Shown here: positions 18,627 to 27,107 of the stretch, one piece after another
Layout of the letters: every line of letters begins with the position of its first letter
How positions within the stretch are numbered: position 1 is the first letter of the stretch
Source of the DNA: an uncultured Candidatus Poseidoniales archaeon
GTDB lineage: Archaea > Thermoplasmatota > Poseidoniia > Poseidoniales > Thalassarchaeaceae
Length of the DNA: 64,000 bases
Reading direction: 5' to 3'
Assembly: GCA_964013425.1 (NCBI GenBank)
Contig: CAXGWC010000005.1
Location: forward strand, 16,149 to 80,148
Position numbers and translations under genes: made by a program
Notes under the pieces: generated by a model
The model's input: the letters and a program-made list of their open reading frames with translations, nothing else
What the model was told of the DNA's origin: nothing
Database searches by the model: none

Positions 18627-20126
18627 ATGACGATGGATATGAGCAATAATGATAGGACTATGCTCAAGTCTATGCTTACTGATCCAAACAGGAAATGGAC
18701 AATTGATAATCTACTCGAGTCCACTGGATGGAACGACCAAGTTCATGTTGCTGGCTCTGGCCAATCATTGTCCGAATTGGGACTAGTCGCCATTCATGAG
18801 AGTAAGATTAGGACTGTTTCACTGGACTCAGAGGGGGAAAAGGCAGCTCAAAATGGATTATTGGAGGAAAGGATATGGAAATGGTACCTTGACTCTGATG
18901 AGGATAAGAGGAACATGGAAAATCTATTTGACTCGGGCTTCCAGAGGAATGAAGCAGGACCTGGGATAGGATTGCTAAAATCCATGGGTCTGAGGCTAGA
19001 ATCTGGTAATTTGGTCGCCCAAGATGAAGAGTCAATTTCATCGATCATTTCCGAAAGGCGAGATTTTATTTCCAAGATCTCAAACTCAAGCGTGGAAGAT
19101 TCAGAATTAAGTCCACAACTAATAAACCACTTCTCGGGGAGGAAAGGTCTGATTTCAATAGACGTCCAAGTTACTCGTACATGGTCCTTGACTGAAGAGG
19201 GACTCTCAGTAGACGTCGAACTACTTTCTCATGTTGAGATGATAGGGGAGGTGACTCCCGAGCTTTTGCAAGGCGACTCTTGGAAAGGAGCCAATTTCAA
19301 GCCCTTTGACGTAAACGCACCAACTGTCACACCTACTGGAGGAAGGCCCCATCCGATGCAAGCATTGATTGAGAGAATTAGAAATGTCTTCTTAGAAATG
19401 GGATTCTCTGAGATAGAAGGAAATTTCGTACAATCCGCCGGCTGGAACATGGATGCTCTGTATATACCCCAATCTCATCCTGCAAGGACAATGCAAGACA
19501 CATTCTACCTTTCAAATCCAGAAAAAGTCGAGGTCCAAGAAGAGTATCTCGATTTATGGTCAAAGGTTCACGAGCACGGTCATGATACAGGAAGTAGGGG
19601 TTGGGGTAGGAGATTCGACAAGGAAGAGGCTCAGAAGGGACTCCTCAGAACTCATACGACAGTGAACACTGTCAGGCACATTGCTGAGAATCCAAGCAAG
19701 CCTTCAAGAGTTTTTGGAATCGGCAGAGTCTTCAGACAAGAAACCATAGATAGGACACATTTACCAGAATTCCATCAGATTGAAGGGATTATTCACGAAG
19801 AAAACGCAAATCTTCCTATGTTAATCACAACCCTGAAGACTTTCTATTCAAAGATGGGTTATGATAATGTTAGAGTTAGACCAGCCTACTTTCCCTACAC
19901 TGAGCCTAGTGTGGAAGTGGATATTCTATGGAGGGGGGAGTGGCTAGAGCTCGGTGGGGCTGGAATTTTTCGGCCAGAAGTTACTGAACCATTGGGGACA
20001 GAATGGCCTGTATGTGCGTGGGGAATGGGCCTTGAGAGATTAGCGATGCTCATACTCGGGCTCGAGGATATAAGGCAGTTATACCAGCCTGACTTGGAGA
20101 AACTGGGGCAAATGCCAATACTCTGA
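18627..20126 (+). CDS. pheS: Phenylalanine--tRNA ligase alpha subunit (archaeal long form)
   Basis: HPARTMQDTF, LRTHTT, FRQETIDRTHLPEFHQIEG, YFPYTEPS, GAGIFRPE, GLERLAM; N-terminal extension. Start uncertain. Confidence 0.96.
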   Translation: MTMDMSNNDRTMLKSMLTDPNRKWTIDNLLESTGWNDQVHVAGSGQSLSELGLVAIHESKIRTVSLDSEGEKAAQNGLLEERIWKWYLDSDEDKRNMENLFDSGFQRNEAGPGIGLLKSMGLRLESGNLVAQDEESISSIISERRDFISKISNSSVEDSELSPQLINHFSGRKGLISIDVQVTRTWSLTEEGLSVDVELLSHVEMIGEVTPELLQGDSWKGANFKPFDVNAPTVTPTGGRPHPMQALIERIRNVFLEMGFSEIEGNFVQSAGWNMDALYIPQSHPARTMQDTFYLSNPEKVEVQEEYLDLWSKVHEHGHDTGSRGWGRRFDKEEAQKGLLRTHTTVNTVRHIAENPSKPSRVFGIGRVFRQETIDRTHLPEFHQIEGIIHEENANLPMLITTLKTFYSKMGYDNVRVRPAYFPYTEPSVEVDILWRGEWLELGGAGIFRPEVTEPLGTEWPVCAWGMGLERLAMLILGLEDIRQLYQPDLEKLGQMPIL

Positions 20127-22644
20127 CAAAAGCAACTGCAATCACCACCATCGCTAGTATGCCACCACTTGGGGGAACTGATCGATATAATGTCCCGAAG
20201 GCCGAGGAAATATCCGAAGACTGACCAGATGGCCCACCCTCGCATCCCTCTGGAGGGGGCCCTATCCCCGGTCCCCAGGTCTCCCCACGGCCAGAGCAAT
20301 CAACTTCGCCATCCCCCTCTTCATTCTGGTTGACTAGTGAAACCTCACCTCTGTAGCAGTTGATGAAGTATGGAAAACCCAAGTCCCCCTCTCCATTTTC
20401 CCAAGTGGTATGATAGTGGTAAATTCCCTCAGGATAGTCAGGCGTGGGTCCGAATTGCCCATTGCATGAATCTAAATCTCCAAGTCCAACAATATACTCA
20501 TAATCATCAATACCGTTGTAACCTGTTTCCCCCTCCTTCAGTCGATACGATGATTTCATCTCAGATACGTTCCCCTCTTCATTCCACCCAATGAATCCAT
20601 AGATCGGATACCCATCGAAGGCGAATCCAACAATAGGTGAATGCTCTGAAAGCGATCTAGAAGAATCAATACTGTAGTCCCTCCATGTTTGATTAGTTTC
20701 CTCATCCGGATGCCAGTGGGCGCAGTTAGCGTCTGCATGATAATGGTAAGCGCCACCAGGACCTGAGTGGCCATGACATATCCCTAACCAGATATGTTGC
20801 CTGTCTTCTTCATACTCTCCCTCATGCCCGGCAACCGCATCTCCACCTGGGCCATCTTCAGGTCCGAAAATGGGAACTCCATTAACAGCTAAGGCAACAG
20901 CGTCTCTCTCAGGAGCCATAGTACAACCATCCGTCGAGAGAGTCGGGTCGCAACCAGTCTGATTATTGGGAACTATCGGAATCCTCCATTCGAGAGTTTG
21001 CTCAGTTGTGCAGCAACCAGGACCCGACTCTAAGTCATGGTTGGGTATTCCATTGGAATCGATTATGATCTCAGTCTCTCCTATCTCAAAACTCAATTGA
21101 CATAGATGATTGTCCGACTCAGTAGTATTGTAATCATCCACTGGTTCTATCTGCTCAGTTGAGTCACACAGGAGCACTTCTCGCCACCACTCTAAAGACC
21201 CAGTTTCTAGTTGGTTGTCATAACTACACGAACCGTCATCTAGGGTGGCTTCATTGTTGAAGTTCGAAGCATCAGGATCAGTGCATCCATATTGCCGAAC
21301 GTCCCGAATGAATGATACGACATTTTCGAACTCCCTATCAGACGATAATGGCAAATTGTGGTCTGCAGAACCAACCAAGTGCGTTACATTTGAGAACAAC
21401 TCTGCCAATTCAGCAGAACCATATCCGAACCATGCATCATTCTCACCTTCAAAAACAAGTGCTGGAACATCGAAAGGAGACTCACTTTCTATAGTGTCAT
21501 TTAGCCCTCTATGGCCCGTTTCCAAATAACCATTGAACAAAATTACTTTATCGAACTGAACATCAGAGTACGCGAGATAAATCGCAGACATAGCAGCCCC
21601 TTGTGAAAATCCGAGAAGGCCATAAAACGGGCCGTTATTATGGACAAATTCATCTAGGAAATCTATCGACCTATCTGCCCAGCTTGGATCATTGGTACCC
21701 TGTTCTTTGCCCCCTGGTGGATCACGAACCCAAACACTGCCGTCTTCGGGAGATTGTACAAAAACGAATTCAAACTCCGGAAGAGCCCCCATCAAATCTT
21801 GCATCCCCTGCTGTGATTCAAAAGCCGAGGAACTTTCGCCTCCTCCATGGAGGCTTAGTATCTTCAATCTAGAAGGCTCATCATAATCACAGGAACCGTC
21901 ATCCTCGTCAGCGCCTGAGTCATAGTTGTTGGCATCTGGATCAGTACAACCAGTCACGGGCTCCGGCTCAGGTAGCATTACAGTGATGCCAATGGTCTTT
22001 TTATTGGAGGTTTCAACCCATGTTCCGCATGTGACCTCCAGTGAAACAATAGTATTTTCCTGTATGTTGGAAAGCTCCAATCCGTATGTTCCATCTTCCC
22101 CGATTGGCAGTCCTAGACTGGACTCTTCGATATCCGCGGTGCTCCATCTCAATCCACACGTCGAAATATCATCATGAATGACATGCCCAGAAATCGGAGC
22201 GCTGCCACCTTGTTCAATTTCGAAAGCACTCTGCGAGATTGTCAGCTGGGCTTCACTTTCTTCCGGATAATGAATGATGAAAGCTTTGGCCCAGGTTGTC
22301 TCCTGACCAAGACTATCGGTTGCAATAACCTGAAGGGCATGACTGCCAACTTCAAGGGACGAGATGTCAAGGGTTACTACTCCCTCTGAATTAGGTGTTT
22401 GAGTCATTAGTTCCCCGTTCAAGGTGATCAAGACAGAAAGGCTTCCCATTTCCTCATCTGAGATCGATATATTCACAGTTTCAATCTCGCCAATCAGTAT
22501 AGTATCGGGTACATCGGAATCAATACTGGGAGAGCCATTTGCTCCCTCTTCCTCGATTCCAAAGAACAGTATGCCAGTCATCACGCTAGTAATCATCAGT
22601 GCCGATAAGAATAGCGATCTAGCCACCCCATTATCCCCTGCCAT
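20050..22644 (-). CDS. Surface protein: Ig-like domains, FSH1-type serine hydrolase and YHYH domain, TM at both ends
   Basis: LHGGG and GFSQG nucleophile elbow with later D and H; YHYH twice and GFAFDGYPIYG; two GCTDPDA.N repeats. Start 22644 or 22668. Confidence 0.8.
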   Translation of the reverse strand: MAGDNGVARSLFLSALMITSVMTGILFFGIEEEGANGSPSIDSDVPDTILIGEIETVNISISDEEMGSLSVLITLNGELMTQTPNSEGVVTLDISSLEVGSHALQVIATDSLGQETTWAKAFIIHYPEESEAQLTISQSAFEIEQGGSAPISGHVIHDDISTCGLRWSTADIEESSLGLPIGEDGTYGLELSNIQENTIVSLEVTCGTWVETSNKKTIGITVMLPEPEPVTGCTDPDANNYDSGADEDDGSCDYDEPSRLKILSLHGGGESSSAFESQQGMQDLMGALPEFEFVFVQSPEDGSVWVRDPPGGKEQGTNDPSWADRSIDFLDEFVHNNGPFYGLLGFSQGAAMSAIYLAYSDVQFDKVILFNGYLETGHRGLNDTIESESPFDVPALVFEGENDAWFGYGSAELAELFSNVTHLVGSADHNLPLSSDREFENVVSFIRDVRQYGCTDPDASNFNNEATLDDGSCSYDNQLETGSLEWWREVLLCDSTEQIEPVDDYNTTESDNHLCQLSFEIGETEIIIDSNGIPNHDLESGPGCCTTEQTLEWRIPIVPNNQTGCDPTLSTDGCTMAPERDAVALAVNGVPIFGPEDGPGGDAVAGHEGEYEEDRQHIWLGICHGHSGPGGAYHYHADANCAHWHPDEETNQTWRDYSIDSSRSLSEHSPIVGFAFDGYPIYGFIGWNEEGNVSEMKSSYRLKEGETGYNGIDDYEYIVGLGDLDSCNGQFGPTPDYPEGIYHYHTTWENGEGDLGFPYFINCYRGEVSLVNQNEEGDGEVDCSGRGETWGPGIGPPPEGCEGGPSGQSSDISSAFGTLYRSVPPSGGILAMVVIAVAFVRVLAFAPVSPSQAGITALYPRARV
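21220..21951 (-). repeat. Two 23-aa GCTDPDAxNx...DDGSCxY repeats (about 21883-21951 and 21220-21288) bracketing the hydrolase domain
   Basis: GCTDPDANNYDSGADEDDGSCDY and GCTDPDASNFNNEATLDDGSCSY. Confidence 0.85.
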
Positions 22645-22716
22645 ATCCCTAAGTGTAAGAGGTAGCATATAATTGGGACAGTGCGAGATTCAGAGAAAAG
22701 AGGTAAAATACAATAA

Positions 22717-23817
22717 TCATTCATTAACGAGAGTGATTATATCTTGCAAGAACTCATCTGCATCCCAGAATATTCCAGAATATGCAACTCTCTTTCGCAT
22801 CTCCTTGCCTACTATGAATGTGGTAGTTGAGTGTCCCACTTCATACTCCCCAAGAGACTCATGATGAGGGTCTTGGGACTCAGTAGAATTATCTTCCATT
22901 GACCCTATCATATTGCATGATAGCCAATCCGAATCAGCCCTCTCGTAACCGTCATCGCACATGCAGTGGGCGGTACTTCCCGAGCCCATTATCCATCCAT
23001 GTCCATTACAGTCCTCGCCGGGGGGAGCCATGCTAGTGTTGGAGTTGCTTGAAATCCATGCTAGGTGTGTCTCGCTATCCATCATAATGGATGAGCTCGA
23101 CTCTTGGGACTCTACCCAGATTTCACTATCTGAGTCCCAGTAGTGAAGGACCCAATTCCAGTCTTCATCAGATGTCCATCCGTCAATTGTTCCGGAACTA
23201 TTGGGCCCATCTCCTAAATTGCTAGTAATATTATACTCCAGAGTTGCACCTGAAATGAAATCAGAACCATTTTTCCCGAACCCCCTCTGTTCAAGAATCG
23301 AACTGGAATTATCAGGATAAAGTAAAACAAGCCTGTTAAGGCCACTTTCTGGAGGCTCACTTGCCGAAATGTGCTCATTATCTATTATGACATTCCATGA
23401 TCGATATGTTTGCTGAAGTGTGGATACGGGACCTGTAAGGTGATACCATTCGTATCCTCTATTCTCAGTCCACTCAGAAAGATGTGAAATCGTATCTCTG
23501 GCCGGGTCAATCGTAACGGAGATTAACACCACATCATCTGAACTGTCTCCTAGATTCTTATCCACATAATCTAAGTTGGAAGAAATTATGAGGCATATAT
23601 CTGGACAGGCAGTGTAGACGAAAGCAACAACAATCACCTTCCCTTCATGATCACTTAGTTCAAAGACTTCCCCATTTTGGTCGAAAAGAACGAAATTTGG
23701 AGCCGCAGGCGGGTCCCTATATTCTATTCCCAGAAACTCTAGATCCCCATCTCCCTGTCCCAAACAACCAGATGAGAGTAATATGATGGACACTACCACT
23801 ACTCTCAAGAAGCTCAT
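22717..23817 (-). CDS. SCO1/SenC copper chaperone with a large internal insertion
   Basis: LSSGC lipobox-like, YTACPDIC, TIDPARD, YEVGHS; about 170-aa insertion before the His. Confidence 0.88.
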   Translation of the reverse strand: MSFLRVVVVSIILLSSGCLGQGDGDLEFLGIEYRDPPAAPNFVLFDQNGEVFELSDHEGKVIVVAFVYTACPDICLIISSNLDYVDKNLGDSSDDVVLISVTIDPARDTISHLSEWTENRGYEWYHLTGPVSTLQQTYRSWNVIIDNEHISASEPPESGLNRLVLLYPDNSSSILEQRGFGKNGSDFISGATLEYNITSNLGDGPNSSGTIDGWTSDEDWNWVLHYWDSDSEIWVESQESSSSIMMDSETHLAWISSNSNTSMAPPGEDCNGHGWIMGSGSTAHCMCDDGYERADSDWLSCNMIGSMEDNSTESQDPHHESLGEYEVGHSTTTFIVGKEMRKRVAYSGIFWDADEFLQDIITLVNE

Positions 23818-23818
23818 C

Positions 23819-24547
23819 TCAAGTCTCCTCTTCCATTAGGATCTTGATATCTTCTATCGCAAGCTCGACATTCCAATCCGTGTCTCCCCACCACACTCTC
23901 TGCCTTAGCTCCTTGTCCAGTATTATGGTACCCGTGGTGTGATCAACCCAGTAATCCAGAGGATGATGTTTGACTGTGACATCTTCATCTTCCTGTTGTT
24001 GAGTTTCCAACCCGCATCCGTTATTGTCAACTTCCTCTCCTTCGGGCGTCTCCAGGCAGGTATCGAAGCCATCCGATACCCCATCCCCATCTGTATCAGT
24101 GTCATATGTCTGTAACCCGACATCAAATTCCAGCCATATGTCTTCAAGATCCTCCACTGATCCAGTTAGATGGGGCCAATGTAATCCTCTTTGTTCCCTA
24201 TATTGGTGCAAAACGGAGCTGTTGTCCGTCCATGGGTCTACTGTTATCGTTAGAATCTCCACCTCAGTCCCATAGTCATCTCCGAGCATGTCAGATAGAT
24301 AATCTAGATTTGCGCTTACAATGGGGCATATATCAGGGCACCTAGTGAATAGGAAGGTTACCACGACCACCTTTCCTTCATACTCGGAGAGTGAGAAGTA
24401 ATCTCCATTTTCGTCGGTTAGGATAAAATCAGTTACCGGAACCGGGGGATTGATATCTTCGCCATAGAAGACATCTTCTTCAACGCCACCCATGCACCCT
24501 GCTAGCATGATAGATATGGCCAATATCAATCCTAATGGCCTATTCAT
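23819..24547 (-). CDS. SCO1/SenC copper chaperone with an inserted Ca-binding (TSP3-like) repeat
   Basis: LAGC lipobox-like, FTRCPDICP, TVDPWTD, YWVDHT; insertion DTDGDGVSDGFDTC...DNNGC. Start moved to 24547. Confidence 0.9.
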   Translation of the reverse strand: MNRPLGLILAISIMLAGCMGGVEEDVFYGEDINPPVPVTDFILTDENGDYFSLSEYEGKVVVVTFLFTRCPDICPIVSANLDYLSDMLGDDYGTEVEILTITVDPWTDNSSVLHQYREQRGLHWPHLTGSVEDLEDIWLEFDVGLQTYDTDTDGDGVSDGFDTCLETPEGEEVDNNGCGLETQQQEDEDVTVKHHPLDYWVDHTTGTIILDKELRQRVWWGDTDWNVELAIEDIKILMEEET

Positions 24548-24548
24548 T

Positions 24549-25088
24549 TTACCCTCTCCTTCTCGCAGTGATGCCAACTACAATGATTGCTATGACTCCG
24601 AACAGTAAAAACACATTCGATGAGCCACCTCCTTCCTCGTCCTGATTTTGGGCGCCATCAACTTCTCCAAAGGAATAGCCAGAAGGAGGTCCAGATTCAT
24701 TATGAACATCCTCAATCAGCGTGAAATTAAGGGTCTTCCAAAGACTCCCGTTGGAGATTATATCTAGCTCATATTCTCCTGCAGTCCAGTTACTAGGATC
24801 GAGCCAAAGTCTGCATTCATCATCCGTTGTAGTAGAGTTGAAGCCGGTTGTACTACACTGATAGTCCATTATCCCATCTTCGTCCTTGTCTATTTCCAAA
24901 CTCCTCTCATAATCGACCACATTGTAAAAGATAAGCGTATCATTCTGTACAACCTCAGCAGACTCTGGTTGCAGAGAACCATTCCTCATTATGAAGGAGA
25001 ATGAGTTTGCTCCATGGGCCGAAGCAACGGGGATTAGAAGTAGAAAAACCACCGCTATTGATAATTGACTCCCCAGAGTTAATCTCAT
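24549..25088 (-). CDS. Secreted beta-sandwich (cupredoxin-like) protein with predicted mature N-terminal His and C-terminal TM (paralogue A)
   Basis: Signal ending ASA|H; DTLIFYNV; two Cys; LDPSN; EDVH; TM then RRG. Confidence 0.65.
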   Translation of the reverse strand: MRLTLGSQLSIAVVFLLLIPVASAHGANSFSFIMRNGSLQPESAEVVQNDTLIFYNVVDYERSLEIDKDEDGIMDYQCSTTGFNSTTTDDECRLWLDPSNWTAGEYELDIISNGSLWKTLNFTLIEDVHNESGPPSGYSFGEVDGAQNQDEEGGGSSNVFLLFGVIAIIVVGITARRRG

Positions 25089-27055
25089 TCGTCACTAGCC
25101 TCCGCCTTCCACAGAGGGGGATAATCAAATCTTGAATCATAATCCTCGTCGAATTGCACAACATACACTCCCGAGACCATCTCTGAGATAAATACGAAAC
25201 CACGTGGATCATACTGTAGGCCCCAGTCAAAGGGTATCATACATGATGCCCAGCAGTCAGCCATATCATAGCCCAACGTGTTAGTTGGATCATCAATCCA
25301 ATTCGGGCCAGCAGGAAGATAGTATCCAAGGGTGTGGGAAGGGGCTAATTCTGAGATGGCCTGAAAACCTCTCTCTGGCTCAGGATATCCGTTTTCCCAA
25401 ACTAACTCATCCCAAATATGGCCATGGTCAGTAATCCAGACTCCAGCATGGTAGTGAGTCCAGTAAACATGCCCATTCAATCCTGTGTCTCCATTGTGAG
25501 GGCTGTAAATGTAGCCTCCTGGGATGTAATGATGAGGATGAGGGGTTCCGTCGGGAAGTGTACTTTCACCAGGTAGCTTCCACTTGGAAACTAGGAAGGG
25601 TTGAGCAGGATCCGTGGTATCAATAGTCCATATATACCCGGTATGATTGGCATTGGAGCCGTATTCTGGAGCTATGTAGGTGTAATGCCTCCAATTCACA
25701 CCGTAGGTTGAATCAGAAGGCCCTATTCCGCATTGCTCGGGCCAGGTTTCTACAGGGTCATACTCACTAATTCCTGAGCAAATCAAATTATCCTGAGGAA
25801 CTGCATAGTGTATGTTGTCGTTCCCATCGTTAGCGTCAAGCCATACTTCGGGTGCCATATTGGCATGTCCGCCTCCCTCTGGGCCATACCACCCAGAGTC
25901 ATCAGTAGCACAGCCCAACCATCGTCCGGTTTCTGGCGGCCACGAAATTCCAAGTGGATCGGCAATTTGGGGCGGTTCGGAAACGTCGACGAACCTTAGT
26001 CCAGCGCCCCAGTATGATACTGCCAACATCTTCTGCTTAGTTATTGGGTGGATGAAGAATACGTTATCGTGATTGAAGATAGAGCCCCCACAGGTCGTCT
26101 GCGGTTCAGGGGTGTAACCTCCCCATCGTATTATCTCTCTACTGGCATTTTGTTGCTCCTCGTTATTCGTAGGGTTCAAGCCCTCAAAGTCAATTAGAGC
26201 ATAGAATATCTGGGTGCCCTTGTAGAAGGTTCCACTTGACCCTTCTACCATTTCAGGATAAGGGTCGGCCCCAAATAGAAATAGATGGCAGTCATCCTGC
26301 CACAGGGCTGTAGGATTCGCCGGGGTCCAGTCACAGTAAACGTGGAGGTCTTGATTGTGAAAACCCGCAGGAGGGTTGTCCCACTCTGCGACCTTAATGG
26401 GACTAGTCTTGTCGCCGACGTAAATCAAGTCCAGGCGGTTCGCACCGCTATTCGCATCATCGTCATTGGGAATGGGATCTAACTCAGAATTTGTCAACTC
26501 ATGATTCACTAGTACCCAGTTGTTATCAGAAGTTACTTTGATATCAATCATCCTAGCAATTTCTGCGTAATAAGTCGACAATAGTCTAATTTCATTTGGC
26601 TTGCTGATGTCCAGAATTTCAAATTGGTTGTATGAGGAGACGTAGGCATAACATCCACCTGTCCCATCTCCATAAATCTCACAGTCATCGAGGAAATTGC
26701 CTTCTATGGCGATTTCAGAGTTATCTCCTGGAGTCGGTCCCACATTCTTGAACTCATCAAAACAAGGTCTACCCGCAACATTGTCCAGGTCTGCTGGGGG
26801 CTTTACGTTACCATCACAATTTAGGTTGTGGTAGTCGATTAATTTTGCATTCGAAGTGGCCAGTCGGTGAGCAAGCAAATCACTATGTGAATGATTTTCG
26901 TCCTCTATTTCTGTAACTGGGTCTATCCAGTCCATGCTTCCATCCCCCGAACCTCCGGAATCATCAGAAAAAGATAGGCAACCGGATAGAGGTGCGAGTA
27001 TCATCAGAGCGGTCAGTAGCCATACCGGACGGAAGTTCATAGCCCGCCGGGACAA
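25085..27055 (-). CDS. His-rich LVIVD-repeat-type beta-propeller, lipoprotein-like (paralogue A)
   Basis: LSGC; blade motifs FEILDISKP, LRFVDVSEP, IWTIDTTDP, GVYVV; His motifs HSH, FHN, NHD, IHY, PHN, HYHAG. Confidence 0.75.
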   Translation of the reverse strand: MSRRAMNFRPVWLLTALMILAPLSGCLSFSDDSGGSGDGSMDWIDPVTEIEDENHSHSDLLAHRLATSNAKLIDYHNLNCDGNVKPPADLDNVAGRPCFDEFKNVGPTPGDNSEIAIEGNFLDDCEIYGDGTGGCYAYVSSYNQFEILDISKPNEIRLLSTYYAEIARMIDIKVTSDNNWVLVNHELTNSELDPIPNDDDANSGANRLDLIYVGDKTSPIKVAEWDNPPAGFHNQDLHVYCDWTPANPTALWQDDCHLFLFGADPYPEMVEGSSGTFYKGTQIFYALIDFEGLNPTNNEEQQNASREIIRWGGYTPEPQTTCGGSIFNHDNVFFIHPITKQKMLAVSYWGAGLRFVDVSEPPQIADPLGISWPPETGRWLGCATDDSGWYGPEGGGHANMAPEVWLDANDGNDNIHYAVPQDNLICSGISEYDPVETWPEQCGIGPSDSTYGVNWRHYTYIAPEYGSNANHTGYIWTIDTTDPAQPFLVSKWKLPGESTLPDGTPHPHHYIPGGYIYSPHNGDTGLNGHVYWTHYHAGVWITDHGHIWDELVWENGYPEPERGFQAISELAPSHTLGYYLPAGPNWIDDPTNTLGYDMADCWASCMIPFDWGLQYDPRGFVFISEMVSGVYVVQFDEDYDSRFDYPPLWKAEASDE

Positions 27056-27107
27056 ACCTACCCTATCAAATTCCCCCTTTTACGCCCGGCCCCATAGGGG
27101 CCGAAGT

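Noticed and set aside
27087-27103. Short GC hairpin (CGGCCC-ATAG-GGGCCG) between the two propeller genes
   Set aside because: A 6-bp stem with no U tract on the coding strand; too weak to call a terminator or RNA element.
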